Sequence record: MT446416.1
Length of the DNA stretch: 64,000 nucleotides
Strand: one strand, 5' to 3'
Below are positions 28,822 to 39,256 of the stretch, one piece after another. A model generated the notes under the pieces. That model ran no database searches, was not told where the DNA came from, and was given only the letters and a program-made list of their open reading frames with translations. Both the position numbers and the translations under genes were made by a program. Positions within the stretch are counted from its first letter, which is position 1. Each line of letters opens with the position of its first letter.

Positions 28822-30324
28822 TCAATCATTCTTATTTAATGATTTTAAAATTTGCACTGTTTCATCCTTTTTACCAGATAGTAAAATGTCAGCAGCAATT
28901 AGAGAAACCTCATCACCACGCGTTAATAGTACTGTAATTTTCTTAGCGTAAGGTGATTCTTTAATTCGTGAAGCTAATGATTGAACTTCATCCCCAGCAG
29001 CAGGAACTTCAGGTTCTGGCTCTGCAACAGGTTCTGGTTCTTTAGTAGGCTCAGCTTTTGGCTCAACTACATCAGTACTTGATACTTCAGCATCTACTTT
29101 CTCTTCAGGTTCTTCTTCTTTCTTATCAGCACGTTCTGCATCATAACGAGCAAGAATGTTATCAGCAGTTGATTTTGGAATCAATTTACCATCAGCACTA
29201 ATAAAGCGGTTACCACCGATATAAGAATACTCTGTGCCTTTCTTAGATTTTACTTTAGTTCCGATTTTCATTGCACCAGAACTGTTATGGCGAATTATAT
29301 CACGTTGTGCAGCACGTTCAACACTTTTTGCAGCACTAACATTTAGTTGTTTTTTAGTTTCTACATCAAACCATGCATCTTTTTGTTTAATGTATGTTTT
29401 ACCTTTATTTGAAGTAATGCGGTAACCATTTGGAACCACAACAGATTCAGTTTCTTCAATCTCTTCATCTGCTTCATTAATGGATTCTTTTGTTGCGAAT
29501 ACTGGCTGTTTTACTGGTTGTTTAGGTTTTTCACCTGAACCAAAACGTTGTTCACCTGATTCATGATCACCAGTTAGTGAAGGGAAATCACCAGGGTTAG
29601 CCTTAACAAATTTCTGATATGCATTAAAGATTGCATGTGCATTTTGTTCTGGAATTACAACATTACCATCATTATCACAAAATTCTTTACCATTCCATTC
29701 GGAACGAGTATTACCTTGTACTAAAGTAGATTTAATTGGAATTAGTTTGTTTTTTGGTGCTAATTGGCGAGCAATACGCATACCTTCATCGGAAAGTTTA
29801 CGAGTCATTGCTGGGTCAACTGGACGTCCAGATTTTGCATCAACAAAACGGTGATTTTTAGGGATGAATTTAAATCCACTAACTTCCATACCTGCTGGAA
29901 TAGAAATATCATCAGCATATGGTGGAAGGATATAGAATTTTAGTGAGTTCCATTCTTTTTGTAGAGTTTCTTTTGAAACATTATATACACGGTGGTCATC
30001 TGCCATTAGTTCAGTGATAATTTCACTTTCAGTTAGTAGAATTCCATCTTTAGAATTGAAACGATTTTCACCAAGAAATGTACACTCTTTACCTTCAAGA
30101 ATATATTTGTTACCAATTTTATATTCACTAGAAGATAGATTGTGCTCAACAATCTGTTGTCGAGCACTTGCGTACATGGATGGGTATTTTTTAGGGTCTA
30201 CCATTAACATATTATTGTCGTTAAACCAGAAACCTTCTAGAAATACATATTTGCCACCAGTGTGAGAAGTATATACATATCCATTAGGTACTGTGGTAGT
30301 TTCAGTACTGAAAAAATTATCCAT
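28822..30324 (-). CDS. Hypothetical protein with an internally duplicated ~80-aa domain
   Basis: VPNGY..TS..G..Y......WF ... KIG.K.....E..(F/Y).G.NRF occurs twice; start at ATG 30324 after AGGAG. Confidence 0.65.
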   Translation of the reverse strand: MDNFFSTETTTVPNGYVYTSHTGGKYVFLEGFWFNDNNMLMVDPKKYPSMYASARQQIVEHNLSSSEYKIGNKYILEGKECTFLGENRFNSKDGILLTESEIITELMADDHRVYNVSKETLQKEWNSLKFYILPPYADDISIPAGMEVSGFKFIPKNHRFVDAKSGRPVDPAMTRKLSDEGMRIARQLAPKNKLIPIKSTLVQGNTRSEWNGKEFCDNDGNVVIPEQNAHAIFNAYQKFVKANPGDFPSLTGDHESGEQRFGSGEKPKQPVKQPVFATKESINEADEEIEETESVVVPNGYRITSNKGKTYIKQKDAWFDVETKKQLNVSAAKSVERAAQRDIIRHNSSGAMKIGTKVKSKKGTEYSYIGGNRFISADGKLIPKSTADNILARYDAERADKKEEEPEEKVDAEVSSTDVVEPKAEPTKEPEPVAEPEPEVPAAGDEVQSLASRIKESPYAKKITVLLTRGDEVSLIAADILLSGKKDETVQILKSLNKND

Positions 30325-30337
30325 GTGTTGATTCTCC

Positions 30338-30883
30338 TTAAGAAAGCATACGCAAAAGTTGTTCACGCTGTTCTGGACTTAATTTTTGTAGAACATCAGG
30401 GATACTAGAACCTTGTGCTTTTGGCTGTTCCTGTGGTGCTGGTTGTGGAGCATTGTCAGGTTGAGCTTGTGGTGCAGGACGTTGTTGTTCTTCACCTTTA
30501 TCATCTTCACGATAATCATTCATCAAGTCACGGGATGCTGCCAATAGAGCAGAACCAACATCTTTAGGAGTAAAAGTACGACGACTGTTATTACCCAAGT
30601 GTTTTATATCAAGGTTATTTCCTTTGAAGAATTGTGCAACATCAGCATATGGTACTGATGGCTGTGCTTTACCGTATTTGCGGCCAACATAGCGTTTAAA
30701 TTCAGCCCAAAGACGGTTTGCTTCTGCACCAACTTCTTGTGCACCTTGTTCTACTTGACCACTACCGAAAAAGCCTTTTACTTTTCCTTTTGCACTATCT
30801 ACTGCACTTTGTGAACGACTATATGGACGAGCTTCATTTAGCTCTTCATCATTATAGTCTAACATTTCATTAAGTATACTCAT
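30338..30883 (-). CDS. Hypothetical protein (possible processed head protein)
   Basis: MSILNEM...LNEA N-terminus; P/Q-rich linker. Confidence 0.6.
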   Translation of the reverse strand: MSILNEMLDYNDEELNEARPYSRSQSAVDSAKGKVKGFFGSGQVEQGAQEVGAEANRLWAEFKRYVGRKYGKAQPSVPYADVAQFFKGNNLDIKHLGNNSRRTFTPKDVGSALLAASRDLMNDYREDDKGEEQQRPAPQAQPDNAPQPAPQEQPKAQGSSIPDVLQKLSPEQREQLLRMLS

Positions 30884-30886
30884 GTC

Positions 30887-31420
30887 TCAATCCTTTTTAC
30901 CAAAACCAGCACTCATATATTGAGAGTATTTATTGTCACTTTTAACTGCTTCAATCGCATCTTTAACTGCGGTTACAGCACGTTCTTCACCAGCTAAATC
31001 ATGGCTGTCTTCTGGTTTGCCAAAATCAACACCAATTACTGGTTCGTAATCGTCAAAGTCAATATCATCTTCGAGTTCGGTCATTTCTTGTTGACGTGGT
31101 TCATCTTTACTACGTACACGGATTAGAGCTTCAGTCATACTTAGTAGGTTACCAATTTCATACATTAGTACGTTTGATTGAACACCACGGTGGCATTTGA
31201 AATCAAACATCCAAATTTCACCACAATCTAATTCATAAAAATCTAGTGGTTTTTCCATGAAAATAGTTTTCTTGAGTGCCCCAATATCAAATGCATCATA
31301 ACGATCCATTAGGCGTTGTGATACTTTACTAAGTTGTTCGTTAGTAGGTTCAACTGCAAACTTGACTCGGTATTCAAAAACTGGTTTTTTATCTGTTAGG
31401 ATTTGTTGTAATCTATTCAT
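30887..31420 (-). CDS. Hypothetical protein
   Basis: 177-aa ORF with SD GGAG in the operon. Confidence 0.6.
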   Translation of the reverse strand: MNRLQQILTDKKPVFEYRVKFAVEPTNEQLSKVSQRLMDRYDAFDIGALKKTIFMEKPLDFYELDCGEIWMFDFKCHRGVQSNVLMYEIGNLLSMTEALIRVRSKDEPRQQEMTELEDDIDFDDYEPVIGVDFGKPEDSHDLAGEERAVTAVKDAIEAVKSDNKYSQYMSAGFGKKD

Positions 31421-31447
31421 TTTAATAACTCCATAAGGTCGTTTAAG

Positions 31448-32464
<1,017 letters not shown>

Positions 32465-33559
32465 TTAAAAATCTCCTAATATGTTACCTAATCCGAATTT
32501 TGAGCTTGCAGAAGAAACGATGCTTCCTAAACCAATAGCATTTGCACCTCTTGTCACTGCGGAACCTATGTTTCGGATGGTATCAGGAGTAATGTCACCA
32601 CGAAGGATATCACCAGCACTACTGATTATATCACTAACTGATGTTCCTGCTCGGATAATTTTACCAACTGTCGAAAGTCCTTTAGTTTTGTCATCAAGTT
32701 CACCAAAGTACTTAAAGAATCCACTCACACCAAGACCTTCAGTATCGGTGATGAGTTGTGCAATTTCCATTGTAGGAACACCAATACTCAAGTACCCTTC
32801 AGGACCAAAGTTGTTACACGCTTCATAACGCATAGTCAACGATAATAGTGCTGGGTCACCTTCACTTTCCATAGATTTAGTTTCTAATTGTATATCTTCG
32901 ATGAACACATTTATCATGTTATGAACTGTATAGGTTTCATTATCAATTTCATAGATATTAATTGATTTGAAAAAGTACTGGTTGTCGTAGTTACCATTGT
33001 TCATTACAGAACGACCCCAGTTTCCACCTAAACCATTGAAATTTTCTGGTGTACTGAGTACGTCATTTCGGTAAGATTGTGGGTTCTTGTCAAAGAAGTC
33101 ACCATAGTAGAACTTACGATATGCGTCCATTAAAAGATATCCAGCACCATCGACGGTATCATAGAAAACAACATTACTGGGTTTATAAACAATATCACCA
33201 GTAACTAAACGTTTTTTGTTGTATTGGTTTACGGTTTCAACACTAAAAGAAAAACTAGGAAGTGTTACATCTTTTACAAAGCACGATACATTATTAACAT
33301 CAAAATCAGTATGTGTATCTGGGAGTTGTGTTTTAATAAAGTTCTTTGCGAACGGGGTTAGTACAAATTCGATAATAAAACTGTTCTTAAATTTTGGTAA
33401 ATTATAGAATGAAAAACCCATTTCACCTGCTGTACCAAACACTCGTTGTGCAGCGTTATAATTCTCAAAAGCTGGATCTCTAATGATGTTGATATTGTCA
33501 ATAACACCATTAACTATACTAGTTCCAGTACTGACAAATGAATCAAAAAAATCACTCAT
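32465..33559 (-). CDS. Tube-fold baseplate/tail-tube initiator (gp54/gp48-like)
   Basis: VKDVTLPSFSF ... NQYNKKR ... Y.P..VVFYD tube-fold pattern, downstream of the tube genes. Confidence 0.55.
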   Translation of the reverse strand: MSDFFDSFVSTGTSIVNGVIDNINIIRDPAFENYNAAQRVFGTAGEMGFSFYNLPKFKNSFIIEFVLTPFAKNFIKTQLPDTHTDFDVNNVSCFVKDVTLPSFSFSVETVNQYNKKRLVTGDIVYKPSNVVFYDTVDGAGYLLMDAYRKFYYGDFFDKNPQSYRNDVLSTPENFNGLGGNWGRSVMNNGNYDNQYFFKSINIYEIDNETYTVHNMINVFIEDIQLETKSMESEGDPALLSLTMRYEACNNFGPEGYLSIGVPTMEIAQLITDTEGLGVSGFFKYFGELDDKTKGLSTVGKIIRAGTSVSDIISSAGDILRGDITPDTIRNIGSAVTRGANAIGLGSIVSSASSKFGLGNILGDF

Positions 33560-33570
33560 GGGTTATCTCC

Positions 33571-34347
33571 TTATAATCCAATGCTACCGAAAACACGGTC
33601 AATGATATCTAATCCTTGGTTTACGTTTTCAGGTAAAAGTGAATTTATTCTAGTACTGTACATTTCTTCGATATTATCGAATTGGATACAATTATCAGGT
33701 TTTATTGTAATAACCATTTCAACTGGAGAACTTGAACTATAGTCAAGTGAATCATATGATATATTTTGTATAACGCATCCTGTTAGTACAAAGTACTCCA
33801 TAACGCCAGCACTATTGTATGATGAACCACCAATGAACTGATCAACAGCGTTGACTAATCCAGTATTGTTGGTAGCGGCAGTTGCTGCATTAACTAATGT
33901 GTTTCTTCCCAAGTCTTCTAGTGTATCATCAGAGTTGCGACCATTCAACATCTGAATGACAATTCCGAACTTATATGAACCATAATCATGGTCAGTTCTG
34001 GAAGTAATTCTTCGTTGAAAATCTAATTGTTTCTGTAATTGTCGTGACAAGGCTTTTGCTGATGCATTACCAACTGAATCACGGATAGTTAAAGTAATTG
34101 GGTCCCAATCGTGACTACCAATGTAAGATGTATTTGTTGTAAATTGATATAGTTTATGAGTACTGAAAGTAACAGTAGGTCTATCAACTTTATCAACATC
34201 TAATGCAATGTGATCACGCTCATCTATATCAGTACCGAAATTATATACAATAACACGAAATTTGTATTTTGCTTTCGGTTGTAACATTGAACGGTTACGT
34301 CCTGATGGTAGAGGAACGCCATATTTATTAATCATGTTATTTGCCAT
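33571..34347 (-). CDS. Tail tube protein paralogue 2 (gp19-like)
   Basis: QPKAKYKFRV ... WDPITLTIRD ... IQNISYDSLDYSSS; homologous to 34437-35123. Confidence 0.8.
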   Translation of the reverse strand: MANNMINKYGVPLPSGRNRSMLQPKAKYKFRVIVYNFGTDIDERDHIALDVDKVDRPTVTFSTHKLYQFTTNTSYIGSHDWDPITLTIRDSVGNASAKALSRQLQKQLDFQRRITSRTDHDYGSYKFGIVIQMLNGRNSDDTLEDLGRNTLVNAATAATNNTGLVNAVDQFIGGSSYNSAGVMEYFVLTGCVIQNISYDSLDYSSSSPVEMVITIKPDNCIQFDNIEEMYSTRINSLLPENVNQGLDIIDRVFGSIGL

Positions 34348-34391
34348 AGCAACCTCTTTTATTTTATAAGGTATTATACTTTATTTAGCAT

Positions 34392-34420
34392 AAAAAAAGC
34401 CTCGAACTAGTTCGAGGCTT
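34392..34420 (-). terminator. Intrinsic terminator
   Basis: AAGCCTCGAA-CTAG-TTCGAGGCTT-TTTTT, followed by a CTAAATA late core (34382-34388). Confidence 0.9.
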
Positions 34421-34436
34421 ACGTTTAAAAGAAAAA

Positions 34437-35123
34437 TTAATTTTCGTAGAAGTTACTATCTGGTAGAGTAGTACTACTAATGTTGGTTTGTGCACCACTA
34501 ATAGAGGTAGCAGTGGATGGGTTACCGAAACCAGTAATTTCATCACCGAACGCTTCACCATTAGGACCGAGTTTTGCACAGCCGTCTGGTTGAATTGTCA
34601 TAGAAATAACTTGTGCTTCACTTGAGGAATAATCCCAGTCACCAAAGTTACTAGATTCAATAAAGCAGCCTTGACATACCCAAGTACTCAAAGTACCTTC
34701 AAAAAGGTTAGAAGTGTTTTCACTATTAGAGCCATCTAGTTCTTGAATCCACATTTCAAATTTGAACTGGGAATCAGTCATACGAGATTCTTGACTGTAA
34801 TAGTTAAATTCTTTACGCATTTGGTTATAAAGAGCTTTAGCAGAAGCATTACCTACGGAATCACGGAAAGCCACATCAATAGTATCCCAAGTATACTTAC
34901 CTTTATAGTGAGCAGAACTGTTATAACTATGCACAGTGACGTTTTCATGTGATACAGATACAGCACCAACGGTGTTGGTATCTAGGGTAATCATATTGCC
35001 ATCGTCGTTAGCACCGAAGCCAAAGAAAACAACACGGAATTTATATTTTGCTTTAGGTTGTTTCATAGAGATACGACCACCGCCAGCGAGCGGAACGCCA
35101 TATCGATCAAGCATTGTAGCCAT
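34437..35123 (-). CDS. Tail tube protein paralogue 1 (gp19-like)
   Basis: QPKAKYKFRV ... WDTIDVAFRD ... GCFIESSNFGDWDYSSS; downstream of the sheath gene. Confidence 0.85.
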   Translation of the reverse strand: MATMLDRYGVPLAGGGRISMKQPKAKYKFRVVFFGFGANDDGNMITLDTNTVGAVSVSHENVTVHSYNSSAHYKGKYTWDTIDVAFRDSVGNASAKALYNQMRKEFNYYSQESRMTDSQFKFEMWIQELDGSNSENTSNLFEGTLSTWVCQGCFIESSNFGDWDYSSSEAQVISMTIQPDGCAKLGPNGEAFGDEITGFGNPSTATSISGAQTNISSTTLPDSNFYEN

Positions 35124-35180
35124 TTATATTCTCCTGTTATGGAATGACATCTTTATATTATTTATCTATTACTTACACTT

Positions 35181-35427
35181 TTATTGAAGTATCTCATCAA
35201 CAGGAAACCAATCTATATTCACACAATACAAGTACTTTTTTTCTTGTTTATTATCTGTATAGTTTACACCAACCGACCATTTACCATTTGTGTAAACATT
35301 GTATCCTCGAATTATACCGACAATGTTCCAAATTTTGCATAAAAGCTTTAAGGATTTTTACGGCATCGTCCTTTGTTGCTACAGTTTTACTTACATCTTG
35401 TAATGTTTTTTTAAGTATTTCTTCCAT
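35181..35427 (-). pseudogene. Small (~81 aa) gene split by one extra base
   Basis: ATG 35427 gives MEEILKK...AFMQN; the +1 frame continues WNIVGIIRGYNVYTNGKWSVGVNY...WFPVDEILQ* to TAA 35181. Span 247 nt = 82 codons + 1. Confidence 0.55.
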
Positions 35428-35478
35428 ATTATTCCCGAACGTTGAATTAATAACATAACGTATTTAATTTTAAACAAT

Positions 35479-35504
35479 AAAAAAGGGAACCAAAAGGTTC
35501 CCTT
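35479..35504 (-). terminator. Intrinsic terminator after the sheath gene
   Basis: AAGGGAACC-TTTT-GGTTCCCTTTTTT. Confidence 0.85.
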
Positions 35505-35510
35505 AGTGTT

Positions 35511-38174
35511 TTATTGAGTCTTTTCAATACGAATAGGTACGTAAATGAAGTTGATAGACTTGGTAGGTTGGATTGCAATATCCATCCAAAGTTCGTTACG
35601 GTCAATACGTTCAGAAGTGTTGTTACTTTCGTCACAAACTACTGCGAAGTTATATAGACCTTGTTGTTGAACGATTTCAGCTAGGAAGCTATTCACTACA
35701 CCACTGAATTCCTGACGAGTACTTGGAGTATTCAAACGGAATAGGAATGGTTCAGAGATGATTTCTAGTTGACGACGAATGTAAACAACCAAACGAGCAA
35801 CGTTAACACGGCTTAGTGCAGAGGTTTGGTTAGCAGATAGTGTTTTATCACCATATACTAGCAAGCCACGGTTAGGACGCATTGCAATTGGGTTAATGTT
35901 GTTGGTATACATCACGTCACGTTGACCTTGGTTGTATACTACTGGTTGATATTCACCTTCACTATTAATGAAACCAGTACTTGCAGCGTTGGTTACAACA
36001 CCACGAGTAGTACCAGCAGGTGGATACCACACATAACTAACACTATCACTGTACGCATAGGTACGCATTGCAACAGTACTGCCTGGAACTGCAACTTCTT
36101 CACCATCAACGTTAGTACTTAAACACCAGCCCATGTACTGAGCAGCATAATCATATGCAGAAGTACGGCCTACTGAACCATTACTTGGTGCGTTGTTTGC
36201 GTTGGTAGCCCATTCTTGAACTGCACTACCGTTTCCGGTTGGGTTCAAACGAGCAGGTACATCAGTTACGATAAACGCTGTTTCTTTACGATCAGTGTTT
36301 AGGGTAATACATTCATCTAGAGTTTCTACATAACCAGGAACACAGATTAGGTTAAAGTTGATGAATTCAGAACGGATATCATCATTACCGATGATTACAG
36401 CAGCTAGTGCTTCAACGATTAGTTTGCGTTGTGCTGCACGACCGAATAGACCTGCACCATCAAGACTAACACCACTAACAACTTGCCATTGACCATTAAC
36501 CATTTTCTTAACAACACCTTCGGTATTACCGAGGTCAATTGCAAGCATACCATTCTGATAAAGAGCAGCAGAAGCAACTTGTTCAGGGAAGTTAAAGTCA
36601 GCGAAAATCATACCGTTTAGAGTACTTTGGTCAGTATTGTCTAGTTTAACCCACTCACCATCAACGTTACGATAGAAATCATAACCATCAATTCCTTGAG
36701 ATAGAGGGCGTACCCAAATTAGACGGTCTGCCGCAGGTTCATCAACTTGAACATATTTGTTATCTTCTTGTACTAGATCCCATTCGTCATTTGCAACATC
36801 TGCAATGTACATGGTAACAGTTAGGTTATCGGAATTACCGAAATCATACCAAATAGTACCGTCTTTAGCAATACTACGTGGAACAGAAGAGCTAACACGT
36901 AAGTTATTAACGTTAACTAGAGAATAGTTGTTACTATCTACAGTTAGTTTAGCTAGTTCATTCGCTGCAAAAATATCATCACCGCTTTGGGTAACTTTAA
37001 AGCTATAACCTTTGGTGTTTGTAACTACCAAACCGCCATTAGATTCACGTTTGAATTTGAATCCATCATTGATAAGATCAGCACTAACATTTAGATTATC
37101 GATGATAGTTTGAGTATTAATTACGCCACCTTGTGGTACTGCAAGTACTTTAACAGATTTGTTTAGGTAAGCGAAAGTCAAATAACTATCTTCACCAGCT
37201 TGCTCAATAACAGTTTCACCTAGTGGTACTGCTGGAGCACTAATTGCTGATAGTTTTGCACTTTGAATATAGAAAGAGAAACTCTTACTATCGTCATCAA
37301 AACGGCAAGCAATATAACTGTTGTTTAGTACACCACTCTTAGCTTCAACTTCTTGGAAAGAATTACCAGTATATGCTGGAACGATATTCCAAACTTGAGT
37401 TAGAGATGCATAACGTTTTAGAACAAAGCGAGTGCCAAAATAGTTTGAACCATTTTGAGTATAACCATCACGAATCCATACGTTACCTTGTTCAACAGTT
37501 GAACCAACTGGAACTTTGTTGATTGGTGATAGATAAGTTTCAACCTGTACTAGACCAGATGCTGCACGTTTGTACATAAGCATTTGACCATTACTTGGCT
37601 TATAACGTAGAACTAGATCATCAACGTTTAGACCAACTAGGCTAACATCGTCAACTTCTTCAGAACTTACGATAGTAACAGGCTTCAATTGCCAGTCATA
37701 GAAGCTGCTTGGGCTGTCTTTCTTAGCAACATAAGCTTCAATTTGTGATTGAGCAGCATCAAACCATAGAGTACCATTTGGTACTGGGCCAGTTGGTGCA
37801 GTTGCACTTGGTGATAGTTGAGCCAAATCGATATCAGCACGAATAACATATGCACGGTTGGTGATACCTAGATAAGAATATACAGCATGTAGACCATATT
37901 CGTTTAGTTCGTCACCTTGAACAACTGAACCATTGTTCATTTGGAAAATTGGTGAGCCAAATGTATCTAGTGAGCTTTTCTGTGATGTTAGTAGCTGTAG
38001 TTTACCAGCGTTTGCTTTAGTGGTTCCCGCAGCGATTGCACTGCTACCAGGAACAAGTTTGTCTTCAGCAGTAGCGATTACAAATAGTGGTACTGTGCCA
38101 GGTGCAGCAGCAGTACTCATACTTTCATCAGTTACTGAAATGGAAACGCCAGGTGAGAGTAGATCTCCTGCCAT
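35511..38174 (-). CDS. Tail sheath protein (gp18-like) with a large insertion
   Basis: LSPGVSISVTDES ... FGSP ... YSYLG ... YVIRA; C-terminal VWYPPAG..RG, INPI, VYGDKTL, RVNVARL and IDRNELWMDIAIQPTKSINFI. Confidence 0.95.
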   Translation of the reverse strand: MAGDLLSPGVSISVTDESMSTAAAPGTVPLFVIATAEDKLVPGSSAIAAGTTKANAGKLQLLTSQKSSLDTFGSPIFQMNNGSVVQGDELNEYGLHAVYSYLGITNRAYVIRADIDLAQLSPSATAPTGPVPNGTLWFDAAQSQIEAYVAKKDSPSSFYDWQLKPVTIVSSEEVDDVSLVGLNVDDLVLRYKPSNGQMLMYKRAASGLVQVETYLSPINKVPVGSTVEQGNVWIRDGYTQNGSNYFGTRFVLKRYASLTQVWNIVPAYTGNSFQEVEAKSGVLNNSYIACRFDDDSKSFSFYIQSAKLSAISAPAVPLGETVIEQAGEDSYLTFAYLNKSVKVLAVPQGGVINTQTIIDNLNVSADLINDGFKFKRESNGGLVVTNTKGYSFKVTQSGDDIFAANELAKLTVDSNNYSLVNVNNLRVSSSVPRSIAKDGTIWYDFGNSDNLTVTMYIADVANDEWDLVQEDNKYVQVDEPAADRLIWVRPLSQGIDGYDFYRNVDGEWVKLDNTDQSTLNGMIFADFNFPEQVASAALYQNGMLAIDLGNTEGVVKKMVNGQWQVVSGVSLDGAGLFGRAAQRKLIVEALAAVIIGNDDIRSEFINFNLICVPGYVETLDECITLNTDRKETAFIVTDVPARLNPTGNGSAVQEWATNANNAPSNGSVGRTSAYDYAAQYMGWCLSTNVDGEEVAVPGSTVAMRTYAYSDSVSYVWYPPAGTTRGVVTNAASTGFINSEGEYQPVVYNQGQRDVMYTNNINPIAMRPNRGLLVYGDKTLSANQTSALSRVNVARLVVYIRRQLEIISEPFLFRLNTPSTRQEFSGVVNSFLAEIVQQQGLYNFAVVCDESNNTSERIDRNELWMDIAIQPTKSINFIYVPIRIEKTQ

Positions 38175-38268
38175 ATTAAATCCTCCAAAAATAATTGGTT
38201 ATTCGAATTATATTCGTATAGTCTTATTTATTGAAGGATTTGAATGTCAAGTCCTAATTGTTTTAATT

Positions 38269-38895
38269 TCACTTATTGGCATAAATAACACTCAATGCTT
38301 GTTGGTGCAACGCTTCAATTGTGCTATTATTTTGTACAATGATATCAGGATTATTGATACCAATCCACGCCCATTCAGATTCATGTACTGATTCAAGTTC
38401 TACTGGTTTAATTTTAATATTTCCTTTATTATAAGATGCAGCCAATCCATACCAATGTGGAAGTACACGTTGCACTTCAATAATAGTGCCATGTTGAGAT
38501 CTAATCATTTTTAATTCATTAAGAAATCGACAATCAGTGATGATGATATTTCCATTTACTTCTTGCATAGATTTTTCTAAACTGAATACCCAAATATCAT
38601 TATGAAAATACTTACGTAGTATATTAGTACCGTAATTTTGTAATACCCATCGAGGGGACACATCATCACGCCCCAATTTTTCACACCAGTACTTATCCGG
38701 TTTTTCACGAATCATGCGACTTTCCTTAGTCGTTCCCTCAAGCATTTCACGATCCCACCCAAAAATAGAAGATACTGAGTCTTTTAAATTGGTAGCAAAT
38801 GACATTTTTGTATATCCATTTTCAATAAATGTTTTTGCAAAAGTATCTTTTCCACTTCCTATTGTCCCATTAATTGCGATTATTTGTCTTTCCAT
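38269..38895 (-). CDS. Deoxynucleoside monophosphate kinase (T4 gp1-like)
   Basis: IAINGTIGSGKD P-loop, SFATNLKD, PRWVLQNYGT, IITDCRFLNE, HESE; start ATG 38895 after GGAG. Confidence 0.9.
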   Translation of the reverse strand: MERQIIAINGTIGSGKDTFAKTFIENGYTKMSFATNLKDSVSSIFGWDREMLEGTTKESRMIREKPDKYWCEKLGRDDVSPRWVLQNYGTNILRKYFHNDIWVFSLEKSMQEVNGNIIITDCRFLNELKMIRSQHGTIIEVQRVLPHWYGLAASYNKGNIKIKPVELESVHESEWAWIGINNPDIIVQNNSTIEALHQQALSVIYANK

Positions 38896-38912
38896 ATTAT
38901 TTCTCCATGAAA

Positions 38913-39182
38913 TTATTCTAATACAACCAAATCCTTCCCCACCAAACATTGAAGCAATTTAACTATTGATTCGTTACTATTATAAACAGAAACATAAGTA
39001 ATGAAAAATGTTTCTCCATGCTCATCACGATATATACTGGCCCACGCATTTATACGATCTCGACCGAATACATCAACAATTGAATCTTTTATAAATTTCC
39101 AGTACTTTTCAGTGGATTCATAATCAAGCGTTGGTTTCCCACAACGATATCTGTTATACATTACATTTATATTATCATTCAT
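38913..39182 (-). CDS. Hypothetical protein
   Basis: 89-aa ORF preceded by an extended -10 (TGTGATATAAT, -10 at 39210-39215). Confidence 0.55.
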   Translation of the reverse strand: MNDNINVMYNRYRCGKPTLDYESTEKYWKFIKDSIVDVFGRDRINAWASIYRDEHGETFFITYVSVYNSNESIVKLLQCLVGKDLVVLE

Positions 39183-39226
39183 GGTATATTCTCTTCTATT
39201 AATATTATCATTATATCACAGATAAA

Positions 39227-39256
39227 GAAAAAAGACCCCATATAGGAGTCTTTTTA
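39227..39256. terminator. Intrinsic terminator
   Basis: AAAAAAGACCCC-ATATA-GGAGTCTTTTT. Confidence 0.75.

Noticed and set aside
35144-35458. 104-aa + strand ORF between sheath and tube
   Set aside because: Opposes operon direction and has no SD; the minus-strand split gene with late core and SD explains the region better.
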